Shown here: positions 49,817 to 62,156 of the stretch, piece after piece | How positions within the stretch are numbered: position 1 is the first letter of the stretch | Layout: each line of letters begins with the position of its first letter | From: Euglena gracilis | Lineage: Eukaryota | Direction of reading: 5' to 3' | Assembly: GCA_039621445.1 (NCBI GenBank) | Contig: CP154954.1 | Coordinates: 7,079,425-7,143,424 of the forward strand | Length of the DNA: 64,000 nt | Program-made: the position numbers and the translations under genes | The notes under the pieces: model-generated | What the model was told of the DNA's origin: nothing | Databases searched by the model: none | The model's input: the letters and a program-made list of their open reading frames with translations, nothing else

Positions 49817-52800
49817 GTGGCAGCGAGTCTTTACTTGGCCCCCCCCCCCGGGGGTCCAAGTAAAGACTCCAGGGGGGGGGGGTCCGGGTAGTATCCCCCG
49901 GGTCCGGCGTTGCCCCCGTTTCGGTCCCAAGTTTTTCACCACTCTGAGCCCTCGTTCAACTGCTTTTCCCCTTGTTTTCTTCTGGCGGTGAACACAAATA
50001 ATTTGCACGTCCCGGTTTTTTTCTAAAAGAAATTGTAACATCATTTTTGCGCACTAAACGTCGCAGCTGAACGTTGTTGAACTGTTTTTTTTTTAAAGAA
50101 AGTTCTTCAAAAACAATTTGGTCAATGCTTTATTCTAACGTGCACCATTTTGCAGTTGTTTTTGAACAACAAGATTTTGAGGTTATGATTGGGAAAACTC
50201 CGAGGAAAAACGCTCTGTGAGCTTTATCTTATCTATTTATTTTTTTTTCGGTTTTATTTGGGTCAATTTTTTTATGGGCGATTTTATGTATTTGTACCAC
50301 ATCATCTGCTTTTTTCCCCCATTCAGTACTCCTGGACAGCAAAGCCACCAATAGCCCAAGCTTTGCACCACTCAACAGCCCAGTTGTGGGTCGGTGAGTC
50401 TTTTGTTCCGAGTCTTCAGGTCTTTAGGTTCTTGGACCATGGCACATGCTCAACCGTTCTGGGATTTGAAAAAAAAATCTTGTTTTTGTTGTTACCTTGA
50501 AAGAACTTCCTCTTCCGCAGCACATTCTTCGAGTTTTTTTTTTTAAACCCTCCTTACTTATAATTTTGCAGTGTCCCAGTTTTTTTTTTTAAATTAATAA
50601 CATTGATTCAGCACACTGAACGCGCTCAACTGAACGTTGTTGCACATTTTTTTAAAGGAAATTCTTCAAAAACAATTTCGTCAATGCTTTCTTCCAACGT
50701 GCACCATTTTGTTGTTATTTTTGAACAACAAGGTTTTGAGGTTGTGACTGGGAACGCTCTGTGAGCTCTTTTTTTATTTTTATTTTTGGCGGGTCTTATT
50801 TGGGGTGTTCTTGTTATTATTATTTTGTGGGCGACTTTATGTGTCTGTTCTTTTTTTTTGCATTTCGGCATTCCTGGATTGCCAAAGAAATTTCTTTTGA
50901 TGATGTGATTTTGGAAGGCTGGAATCAACCCTGCGAGGTAGTGTAAAAAATTATCGTCTCCAGCCGCTGTTTCCCGTGTGCCTGGCAACGAACGCCTGCA
51001 GGCGCCTCGAGTCACCGTCCGGCTCAGCTGGTTGTGTGCTGTGTCCTCCTACGGCGGGGTCATTCAGATTGTACACCAACCAGACTTCCAGTGGGGTACG
51101 CATAGTCCGTTGCACCAACCGTAGAACAATAGACTGGTCACTTTCTTTGGCTTCTGATTTCATTTATTCATTTAGCTATGTTTCAAGTTGCTTAGTCTCC
51201 ATGCGCACCTAAACTCTGGGGTCAAAGTTGCAAAATGGTGTATAGATTTTGTAACATTTTGTTAAAGTGATTTTTTGGTTGTCATCATTTGAACGCAGCG
51301 AATTTAGATAGAGGTCCTCCCTGAAAAAGTCGACCCCCCCCCCAATATTAGAGTTTCGCCGGACCGTCCTGAAGTCCCTCGGAAGTTTCAAAGCCAGGGG
51401 GGTAAAATTATTTTTGATTTTTTTTGCATATCTGGTTTCTGAGGGCAATCAGCCCGAAGAACGTGGCTTTCACAGAGGGAGCATCACGTGTTGAAGGGTT
51501 GACTGTTTTCTAAACATCCAAATATCTTTCCTGATAAGTGAGCAACATAGGATACATTATCCCTACCGTCATCACAGTTACACCCACGTATGTCTGTAGC
51601 GTAAAAATATATGAAAATGTTGTGTGTTTTTGTGAGGGATCTGTTTGTATTGTCTTTTTGTGCTGGCCGAGTTTCACATAGCCCCCTTTGCCCCCTATAA
51701 AGTGTAACTGCCTCTCTTTGATCAGAAGCTGAGGATCTCGGTCTTTGGATAAAGAATTGGAGAGGAAAATTTTCACTGAATATGTTTAATTTTTGCTGCG
51801 GATCGTCAGTGTAGTCTCATGTGCAGTCTGCTATGACGTCGCATGCAGGTTTTTTTTTGGCGCAGTGGTTGTGGAAGAGCCCCGCCATCCCAGTCGCACC
51901 ACTGCCGAGTTCCAGTACTGGCTTCGGCCACGTACTATGATGGAGGCCAGCGCCCCTGTGTAGCCCTGGGCTGCACTCGCGCGAGCCGTCCTATATCGCC
52001 GACTCTGGCGGTGGTGTGGCTGGCGGTGGGGTCGGGAGCAGCCTCCCCAACCCAAGCCCAGACCCACAGTCCAGCGTCTGTTGGTTTGTGCTGGCATCGC
52101 CCTGCGCGTCCCGGGGAAGCTCAGGAGGTCCCGGGCCTGAATTTCAGCTGAAATTTGGTCAAGTCTCGATGGTCCGTCCCAAACCCAGCCGGTCCCAGGC
52201 AAGGCTTCGATATTTGTTGCCATGCTCCCAGGGAAAAGCTGAAACGATCGCCCATGTCAGTGTGTTTGACAAGGGGAACCTCCCTCTCATGCACCTTTGC
52301 TGCTTTGAGCATAGTTGGAAGGAAGAGTGAGCACCCGCAAGAGTTGCTTGCAAAGGTAGTTAAATGCCAGTCTACTCACCCGGCGGAATATTTTTTTGGG
52401 TTGCAAGTTTTTTTTTTTTGATTGAAAGCCAAAGGAACCCTTTCAAAAAAAGGGGTTGCTAACCAAAGAATTTTCATCTTATCACTTTTTCTGCACATAG
52501 TCTAATGAGAGTTTGTGTGTGAATGCATGTGGTGAGTGGCAGCTATGTTGGTGTGTGTGGGTGGGTGGGTGGGTGTATGTGTGTCCCCCCCCCCCGGGTG
52601 CTTGGGCTCTCCCACTTCTTAATATGCAAACTTGGCCCCAGGGCAGAACGGGAATCGGCCAAACAGCCAGGGTGGTAGGTGGGTGGGTGGGTCGACCCCC
52701 CCCCATCCCCTGCATGGTGGGTGTGGGGGTCGACTACCCCCTACCTCTTCCCGTATTTCCGGGATCACCAATTTTTGACCCATTTTGGAACCCATATGAG

Positions 52801-53721
52801 AGGTCCCCCGAAAACCCCCTCAAAACCCCATTTTTTCACACCTTCCAAAAATTCAGCATTTTCACAAAAAGTTGATTTTGAGAGGATTTTGAAGCAAAAA
52901 AAAAGCCATTGAAAATCCAAAAAAATTCCAAGAGAAAAAATGTTAGTAAAGTTTTCATTGTGACAAAAATTTGGTCTACGTTTTTTGATCTTCGTTTTTT
53001 TCACCCCTTTCCTAAAAACTACCAACTTTTTAACCCTGAGTTTTTTTTTTGTGAAAAAATGTGCTTTTCCATCAAAATATCATGTATTTTGGGTTCATTT
53101 TTCAGAAAAAAATCACAAAAAATTTCGGCCCAAATCCCGGTTTTCCCAGAATCGGTGAAATTGCTGTGGTGGGTGTGGGGGCGTCGACCCCCCCCACCTC
53201 CCGGGTGGGCGGGGGGTCGACCCCCCCCCTCACCAGGCCTTCCCGTTCTGCCCTGCTTGACCCCCTAAAGTTGGCCTTTTCTGTAAACCTGCAATCTTGG
53301 CCTTTAGTAAAATTTCTTTTCACGGATCTTGCAGATGTCCCCGGTCGTAATGGTTGGTTCTTTCCCAGCCGTCTCTTCGCGCTAGAAAGTTTTCCCAGGC
53401 AGGCTGAAATGCCATCTGGACCCATTTTCCTTCCTGTTGAAGACTGTTGTTACCAAGGCGGTTCCTGTTGGGGTGGGGGTTACATAGAGTCTGGACAGAA
53501 ATTCACGGGAACCAAAAATGTTGAAAAAATACTGGACCCCCTCCCTCCAATGAACATTCACCGGGAGCGGGGGGGGGGTTCCCTCAGCCGGTGAAATTCA
53601 CTGTTTGAGGGTTTAAGTTAATTTTTTGATTTTTCATTTGTTCTTTTTCCTCCAAAAATGATTATTTTTGGTTCCGTTTGGTCTAAAATCCGATCAAAGT
53701 TTTCGAAAATTTGAGATCAGG

Positions 53722-54072
53722 CAATTGCTTAAGCACTGACCGACCCCCCCCCCCCCCGGGGGGTGGGTGACTGGTTTTTTCAGAGTGACTGACTGGTTTT
53801 TGGCCCGGACCCCCTCCCCCCCTGGGGGGGGGGTCGGCCAGGAGTGGGCAAAAGTGGCTTGAGTGACCCCGGCACCGAAGGCGCCGGAAATTTTTTTTGG
53901 GCCTAAAATGGCCTAAAGTGACTGGAAAGTGGCCGTTTTTCTGAGTGGCCGACCCCCCCCCCCCCGGGGGTAGTGACTGGCTGGTTTTTTGAAAATGAGT
54001 GACTGACTGGTTTTTAAAAAAAAGTGGAGTGACCCCCCCTCCCCCCCCCCCCCGGGGGTCGGTAAGCAATTG
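53722..54072. mobile_element. MITE-like element (GTGACTGG family)
   Basis: CAATTGCTTA..CCGACCCC / GGGGTCGGTAAGCAATTG ends; repeated GTGACTGG; central GGCACCGAAGGCGCC. Confidence 0.65.
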
Positions 54073-55024
54073 TATGGTTGAGATGACATTTTTGGCCATT
54101 TTCGGCCAGAGTGGGTGCTCTTGTGGTGAGCTTCCCCGGTGAAATTCACCATTGGTTTATGGGAGGGAGGGAAGGTGTCCAGGACCCCCCAGTGAAGTTT
54201 CAAGCGGTGAGCCTCACTACAGGGGGGAGGTCCAAAATGACCAATATTGCCTGATCTCCAAGGCCGATGGTGGCCGGGAGTCCAAGATTCGACAGACAAA
54301 CTTCTTCCCAACCCGAAAAAACCTTCCAGTTGCCTTTTTTCGGTGGACGATTTTTCCAAAAATAAATTTGGGTGGTTGTTTATGGGGGGCAGGCCTTTAT
54401 TTAAGGGTTTGCAGCACCCCTCCCCCCGGCAGGGTTGGACTGCATCTAGGCCAAATTTGGGTAGTGGGAATTCTAGACCCCCGGGGGGGGGGTCTGCTGC
54501 CAGGGCTAGTTGGTGGAATTATTATTCTTTTTCCAGTGACTGGCACGAAGCGAAAAAAATTTTGGACCCCCAAAAATGGCCAAAAACGTCCATTTTTGGG
54601 CTTTTTTTGATTTTTTGGAACAAAATCAGCCTAAGAACACACTAAAAAACCTCATTTTCACCTTAGCGCGCAGCAGTGAAGGAAAACTTTTTTCCATTGG
54701 GGACCCTGAACACCCCTCCGATGTTGGTGTCGTTGGCCCCTTCACGTTCTTAACATATGCAAGCTTGGCCCCCTAAGGTTGGCCACCCGGTGTTCCTTTC
54801 AATCATGGCCTGGGCCAAGCGCCCGGGGAGGGGTAAATATGTGTGGGGGTGTGGGGGTGTGGTGGTGTGGTGTCTTGTGTGTATATAGGGCCTGGTGTAT
54901 GAACAGGAAGCCACTGAATTCCAGGTCAGACCTGGGGGACTGCATAAAGTGGAACGGTGCCGGCCGCCCAGTCAGGGTCGAAATCCCTTGGGTTTCTCCT
55001 TGCACACCGTGCCACACGCTCATA

Positions 55025-55284
55025 CCCCCCCCCTAGTCGTATGACCACCCCTCATTTATGACCACCCCCCCGGTCACAGGTTGCAGGTCATGGGGGTGTT
55101 ATGACCACCCCCCCCCCCCGGTCACAGGTTGCAGGTTGCGAAAAATTTTACACCACCTTACCTATGACCGCCACCTCATTTACGACCACCCCCCGGTCAC
55201 AGGTTGCAGGTCATGGGGGTGTTATGACCACCCCCCCCCGGTCACAGGTTGCAGGAACCCGGTCATACGACTAGGGGGGTGGGG
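55025..55284. mobile_element. MITE-like element (TATGACC/GGTCA family), copy-B-specific
   Basis: TA-C(n)TAGTCGTATGACC...GGTCATACGACTAG(n)-TA; four internal ATGACCAC(n)GGTCACAGGTTGCAGG units. Confidence 0.85.
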
Positions 55285-55450
55285 TAGTTTGAATGGTTGC
55301 CAAATCCCCCGATAATGTCTGGTGCTGATGACATTTTGGTGCGTCCCTGGCAGGGGCACATTTCCAGTGCCCCTGCGCCGCGTGCTCCATTTCCCACCCC
55401 GACGCCGGGGAACAGTGATTTCCCCCAACCCTTTGCAGGGGTTGTTAAGA

Positions 55451-58400
55451 ATGCAGTTTGCCACACCAGCTCCGGAGGTTGGGCAGGCGGAGTACTTCAC
55501 GCCGACGCCCGAGGTGTACATGTACCCGGAAGAGCCACAACCTGAGGTGGGGAAGTGGCCCGAAGGTGTGCTCCACTCCTGTCCTTCTGTGTTTCACTCT
55601 AGTTCATATCCGTGTCTCAGTCTGTTGACTTTTTTATTTTTATTTCAAATTCAAATTAATTATAGGTTATAATGCAGTGACACGATGGTGCAGGAGTGTT
55701 CCTGTTTTGAAAGGAATGAAAATAGTTTTCAGAATTGTAGAATACCTTGTTCCACACGCCTTTGCATTTGGAGAGCTAATTCTCTTCCTCTTGAATTTTT
55801 GCAGAAACCCTTTTATGACTCCACAGAGGGCCAGTCAGAAGTATCTCCAACCTCCCGCCCATGGCATTGGTGGCGGTGGGTGCTGTGGACCAGACCAACG
55901 TTCGGGGCCAGTGACCAAAGATGCCGCAGGCAAATTATTGCATATTATATTTAAATTGATGCATATATGTTCATTTGTGTTGGGAATTAATACATTCGTG
56001 CTTATTTGTATTATTTATTTGAAAACAAATTCCATGTTTCAGCTTATGTATATTTGATGATTTTTTTTAACATACGCTAAGACTCAATGTAATTACCTCC
56101 TTCCCCGTCTCCAAGGGCCACCTTGTCCTGACCCATGGTTTTCAAATTCTTTAAAAGAGTATGCTTTTGTGTCCTTTTGTGAGATATTGTTTTATAATTT
56201 TCGCCATTGGCATCAGAATGTTTTAACGAGGTATTGCTGATTTCTTCCCCCACTTTTTGTTCCAATTGTCTATTGTCCAGCACCTCCCCCCCTTCCCTAG
56301 TTATGATGAAATTTTCTGGACTTTTTAAAGGTTGGAACCCTGGGGGACAAGGCATGGTCGGTGGGTCCGTCAGACAGCCCCTCCCCCCCTGGGGGGTTCC
56401 CTCCAAGTTCCTCCAAGTTGTGGGTCCCCCGCAAGGTTCCGGCCTTTTTTTTGGCCTTTTTTTCGGTGCAAGGGCGCCAAAATTTTCGACCCCCCAAAAA
56501 TGGTCCCCCCAGCCTTAAAAAACCTATCTGATATGGCCACATTTCCAGTGTATCCCAACAATGGGCGGGGGGTTGCTTTATCCAGCCCTGGGGTAGTTTT
56601 TGGTCTGGACGCCCAACCAACGCTGGCCTGAGGCGGGCGCTGCCCCGCCTGCTGCTTGTGCCCTTCCTCGCCCTGTTCTTCATGTGGGTGTTCAACGCCG
56701 AGGGGGGCGTCGGGCTCGACGCCTCCAGCCTCTTCGGCCTGCATGCCGTGCTGATGGTCGTCTTTGTGCTGCCCAGGCCCCCTACCGATGGCTCATGTTG
56801 CAACGCGAATGTGCGGCGAATGGGTCTCAAGTGCGACTGCGTTTTTTGGAAAATCGTATTGGACAGCATGGTGAAGGGAAGTGGCGCGTCACAGAACATC
56901 GAAAATTGTATCAACGGTCAAATACTTTCCAAGTTTTATGTGGTTTTTTTTGGGTTACGTTAATCAGTTTCTAGCTGAGCCTCACAGACGAAGGATTCGA
57001 GAAGCCAAACCGGTCGATTATTATGGAAAAATATGGGGGAATTTCAGTAATTTTACCATTTTTGTCTATGGCAATTTTTTGTATGTCCTGCATTTTAGAG
57101 TTCACACATAATTCTCTGAAGAGGTTGCCACCGACTTAAGGATCTTTGCAAGCACATTTTCATTGTCGTATCGCTCCCCAACTTCTCTTTGTTCCCCAAA
57201 ATCTTTTTGGATGTTTGGTGGATGACTGGCTGGGGCCTTGTTCCGATCTGCATGCAGGAGGCCCTCCTCGTTTATTCCGTTCCGCTTTTCGGGCCTCTGC
57301 CGGTTCCCCGAGCTGCCTCCAAGTATGCCGCCCCCAACTCGACGTGGCTGTGATGTGGCAACGATGAATGGGAGGCTGGCCAGTATTGAGGTCGGGGTTG
57401 ACACAGGCACTCAGAACGTCTTCCGCATTCAAGCTGCAGAAAGGTCGGTTGGAGTGGGACCAAGCTTCTGCGGTTCACTTCGCTGCGGTTAAATGCCCTT
57501 TTTTGATTTTTGGGTTTTTTATTTGGATCTGTCTTAAAATTCATTACAAGTCCCATTCTCAGCTCGACACGGAGGAACTTTTTTTTCGAGTCTGGGGACC
57601 CCCCAAGGGGGTCTAGCCAGTGGCTTCGTTGCAGTGATTCGTAAAATGGCTGGTCAGCGGCCCCTGGGGACCTGAAGCAGGAGGCTGAGCGGGACAGGCG
57701 TTTCTTCTACTGTGGAAATCTACCAAATCTCCAACAGCATTTCCCTCAGCCTCTTTTCATTTCCTTTTTCGTCAGAAAAACCCCCCGACTTGGGGCAGAG
57801 AGGGGGAATCATCAGTTTCTCTGCAAAAAGTAAAACACGGAATTTTGGCAAATTGATTGGAATGGCAAACGTAAGGCAATAGCATCCTAAAATATTAAAA
57901 TGAAGTGTCAACAATTCACACGACTTGGAAATAATGTGAATGCCTGTTTTGATGTTATTATAATTTATTTTTTTGTTTAGATTTGTTTAGATTTAGATTT
58001 ATTTTGAATGCCCCAAATATTATTTACCCCTGGCCATAATTTCGCATTCCTAAGTGTGTACCCCCGGGAAAATTATTTTTAGGGGGAGTTGAGGAAAATG
58101 TTTCAAATCGTTTCAACGAGGAAAATATTTCAACAAAGAAAATGTTGGAGAATGAAAGGATTTGGCTGCATGCATCATGGATGGCTGGATGGCTGACTGG
58201 ATGGATCGATGGTTGGGAGAAAGAGTGTAAGGTTGGCAGGCGGTCAGGCTAGCAGGAACAAATATAAACAGGAAGGCTGGGCAGTGGGCTTTTGGCCTAT
58301 GGCCTTCATTTTTCTCTGGTTCCCTACGGTGCTCCTGTGCAGGGCCGTCCACGCCTTCTTCCACCTGGCCGGCCTGGGGTGCGCCATCGGGGGGCTGGTG

Positions 58401-61400
58401 GCCATCGTGTCCTACAAGTGCCAGAACGGCGACAACGTCTACCCGAACTACCCGGTGTACACCCCCCACTCCTGGGTGGCCATTGCCTTCCTCGCGTTGT
58501 GGACCATGGATTCATTCAACACCCGTGCGACCCCACCCCCCAGGGGGCAGGGCACACAGGATATCCTCCCCAAAACCCCTGAAAACCCCACTTTTTTCAC
58601 ACCTTCCAAAGTTTCAACAGTTTCTCAAAATTTTGATTCTGAGAGGTTTTTGATTAAAAAAAAAACGCCATTGAAAATCCAAAGATTTACAAGAGAAAAA
58701 ATGTCAGTAAAATTTGATTGTGCCATATTTTGGTTTCAATTTTTTGACCTGCATTTTTTTCACCACCTCCTAAGAACTACCAAGGTTTAAACCGGAAATT
58801 TTTTTGTGAAAAAATGTTTTCCATGAAAGAAATTTTATTTTGGGTTCATTTTTCAAAAAAATTTTCAAAAAATTTTCCTGTTTTCCTGGAATTGTGAAAA
58901 TGCTGTGGTGGGTGGGTGGGTGGGTGGGGTCGACCCCCCCCACCAGGCCTTTCTGTTCTGCCATGTCCAGGGGGTGGTTGGGTTTTCGACAGTGGTTGTG
59001 TGAGTGGGTGGGACAATTGGGGGGGGGGACCTTTTCCTCGGACCCCAAACCACCCACCAAAACCTATCCTCCCACGACCCCTCCCGAAGGTGAGGGTCAA
59101 CAACCCACCCACCCTTTCAATCTAGTCAGAATCGGCCGAAAGCACTTAAAATTTTCAGGCATGGTGCTTGGCTGGTCCAAAATCTGTCACGAAGTGAATC
59201 TGTGTTGTAGATCCTCCAGCTGCTGGGAGCAATCCACTGCCACGCATGGTGGTGTCAAACGAGGGAGGTTCTGTTCAGTCGAATGCGCGTTTCCTTCAAG
59301 ATGTTTGCATTTTTTTTAATTCACAGTTGTATTTTTAATGCTTTTGAGCTTCAACATTTGTCACCAAGGTTTCATGCATTTCCACCAGTGAGATCAATAG
59401 TTCTGCAGTAACTTTAGGTGGCATGCAAAACCACTTTTTGTGTAGTTTTTGCATCCGGTCCAGAGAGAAACTGCATGACTTGATTCACAAACCTACCTAT
59501 CCGAAGTGAGTTCACTCTGTTCTGGCCAAAAACCCATTATCAGGAAGTTCATCACCGCTGATCATGGTGCTGTTAGTGAAATTGCTGTGTAGCTTCCCAT
59601 AGCAGCTGCAGTGGCTTGTCGTTGAGGTGCTGTTGTTTTTGTTCTCGTCAAGGATGAGCAGGTCAAGCAACGATGCAGGGCCACCACCCATCTCGTGACG
59701 ATTCGTTTGTTTGTTTGTCTGCGCACGTGCACCTATGCCGCCGAACTCTGAATTACATAAGCAATGAAATTGTTTGGTTTAATTGTTTTCTGTTTGATGT
59801 ATTGTGAGTAAGGCACAAATTATTGAAGCCTCTTAATTGTTTGTGTCAGTTTAATCTGTCAGTTTGGGGAAAAGAGGTCCCCGGGGGGGGTTCAAATGGG
59901 AATCTGTGTCGGTGGGGTCTTCTGTCTATCTTTCGTGTGACCTTCTGACCCGCCCCAGATCCCAGGTTTCGCTGGGTTTTGTGACACGATGTCGGATTCC
60001 AGCTCAGCCAGCTGGCCGGAGGTTTTAGGGAATGCTACCAAAATGCTGACAAGTGAGATACATGTAAAATAGACCTCATCTCTCGAACAATTTTCCAATT
60101 CAGATGGATCTGCTCACCCCAGCCAGATCCATCCAACCCCCCCGGCTGAAGTGCCAAAATTTTTTACAGGTGGCAGTCTGCCAGATTGGATCCCCGATCC
60201 GACCACCACACTTTTTTCCAGCCAACTCCTGTCACCCAGCTGCCGGAATTCCGCTGGGGTATTCCGCGATCTCCATTTCCTGTGTGGGAAAGCGTTCAGC
60301 AGAGAAATCACCCGGAATTTTTCAAATTTTGATCGGGATCGGCGGTGCGGGCGACGTTCCACCGCTTCTTCGGGAACGTGACCTACGGGGTCGGCCTCGC
60401 CACGTGTGCCTTAGGCTTCCAGGACATGCAGTCCAGCGACCTCTCGTGGCTGGCAACCAGAGATTGCTTTAGTGATATTTGAGCCCCACGGACGCTTGTT
60501 CTAATAATTGGTTTTCTAAGAAAGTGCTCAATGTCCCAACCCCCTGCCGGATCCCCTGCGCTCTTGAATGGAAGTCTCTGCGTCCGATGCCCAACATGAC
60601 GGACGCAATGGCGTCTATGGCGGGCATGGACATGGACATGCCCGACATGCCCACGGGCTACCAGTACAACTCCATCCTGGCCTGCTACTCCAGCGCCTGC
60701 AGACCACGGTGGCTGGAATCATATATCATATGTGTGCACCCATTCTAAGGGAATGTGTGCCCACGAAATTATCGTTTCACCAACATTTTGGAGTACCCCG
60801 ACGTTTTTTGCAGCACCCGGAGACAGATTCCTGGGAGGGGCGTATGTGACATCAACGGGCGCCTTTATTAAAAAGGCCGAAAAAGGCCGAAGATGTAAGT
60901 TTGGGCTCTACAGGTGGGGGTCCCAAAAATGGCCAAAAATGGCCGAAAATGAAAGAAATTTGTTGCAATTTTGCAATTTTTTTTCGAGTCTTTATTTTGC
61001 TCAAAAGTTTCTTTGTGGTTGTCGTTCAAAATAGAAGGCCACAAGTTTCTTTCGTGGATTCCGGTTGGAGTTGATCTAATTTCCGTCAAAAGAAGCTCAT
61101 TCCCAAAACTTTTCCATATTGCAACAGAAAACTCTTTGACCTCTTTAATCCCTGAGCATTCGTTCCAAACGGATTTTTTTGGATGGGTTTGCTTGATTTG
61201 TTGCTCACACCTGCATGAATGATCAAATGCATTGATGGTATGAAAGGAGTATAAAATAATTAACCCCCCGCGCCCACTTTTCGGAAATTTTTTTACCGAA
61301 AATGGCTGAAAATGGCCGAAAATGGCCGAAAATGACAAAAATCTGGGTGTCAATTATAGGAGCTTGGCCATCAAAAAGAGAAGAACAAAGCTTTGGAATT

Positions 61401-62156
61401 TCTCTACATAACGCTTTCCCCCCGATTGTTAAACCCATCCAGAGGCCCACTGGGTGCAAGTATCTACCACACTCATGAAACTGACACATTTGCGAAGAAA
61501 AAGAAGTAGTTTGCTTCTCCCTGCCTGTGTATTTTAGGACTCTTTTGAGGCTCAACGTGAAATTTTGGCAAAAAAATGAAAAATGAAAAATGAACGTACC
61601 TGGCAACCGACACCGTTATCAAATTGCACCTTTTTTGGCTTTTGTTTTTGTTTTGGCCCCTAGTGGTACGACCACCCCCCGGTCGGGGGTTGCCGGAACC
61701 TGGTCGTTGGACAAGGGGGGGGGGGGGGCGGGTAATTTGGGGCAGGCGGGGAATTGCGTGAAAATCAAAATGCTGTTAGACAGGGCATTTTAAGGGCTTC
61801 AATTTAATATGGTTCTTTGACATTTCCTCTGATTCCCCGCCATTTTTGAGAAATTTCAGAAAGATTAATTTTTTGACCTAAAAAAACCGGCCGAAATTTT
61901 CGGCGACCGAAAAGTGGAGGACGTAGGACGGGGGTCCCCCCCCCCTCGTTTTGGAAGGGGGGCCCCCCCACTCCCACCCTCAGAGATTCCCATACAACCC
62001 TGCCCCTCACCCCCCCTTCAAAACCCTGCTTGCAAGTCATGAGGGGCAGAGCAAATTCCGCCTCTCCGCATCACATCCACGTCCCAGCCATTGTGCGCTT
62101 GTCTGTTGCTGGTGTTCATCGGGATCGCCACGTTCTTTGTCCAGCTTTTCAAGTGA
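55451..62156 (+). CDS. Cytochrome b561 family reductase with Met-rich loop, copy B
   Basis: Exons 55451-55565, 55827-55891, 56631-56770, 57245-57322, 58343-about 58507, one unresolved short exon near 60220-60265, 60346-60454, 60586-60701, 62101-62156. Same intron positions and His ligands as copy A; resolved exons are open. Confidence 0.87.

Larger units (their letters stand above)
41058..51330 (+). repeat. Tandem segmental duplication, unit A (unit B is about 52304-63992)
   Basis: Colinear similarity from TTTGAGCATAGTTGGAAGGAAGAGTGAG (41058/52304) to CATTTGAACGCA.CGAAT...GATAGAGGTC (about 51290/63950), including introns, interrupted by copy-specific insertions. Confidence 0.92.

Noticed and set aside
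55040-55265. CRISPR-like repeat array
   Set aside because: Units are contiguous without unique spacers, lie inside a TA-flanked TIR element and have no cas genes nearby. The same applies to 43140-43390 and 44740-44840.
55801-55826. Apparent frameshift and stop making b561 copy B a pseudogene
   Set aside because: It arises only if the upstream GCAG is the acceptor. The CCACAG acceptor at 55826 (41766 in copy A) keeps both copies in frame and makes CCG/CCA and GTA/GTG synonymous.
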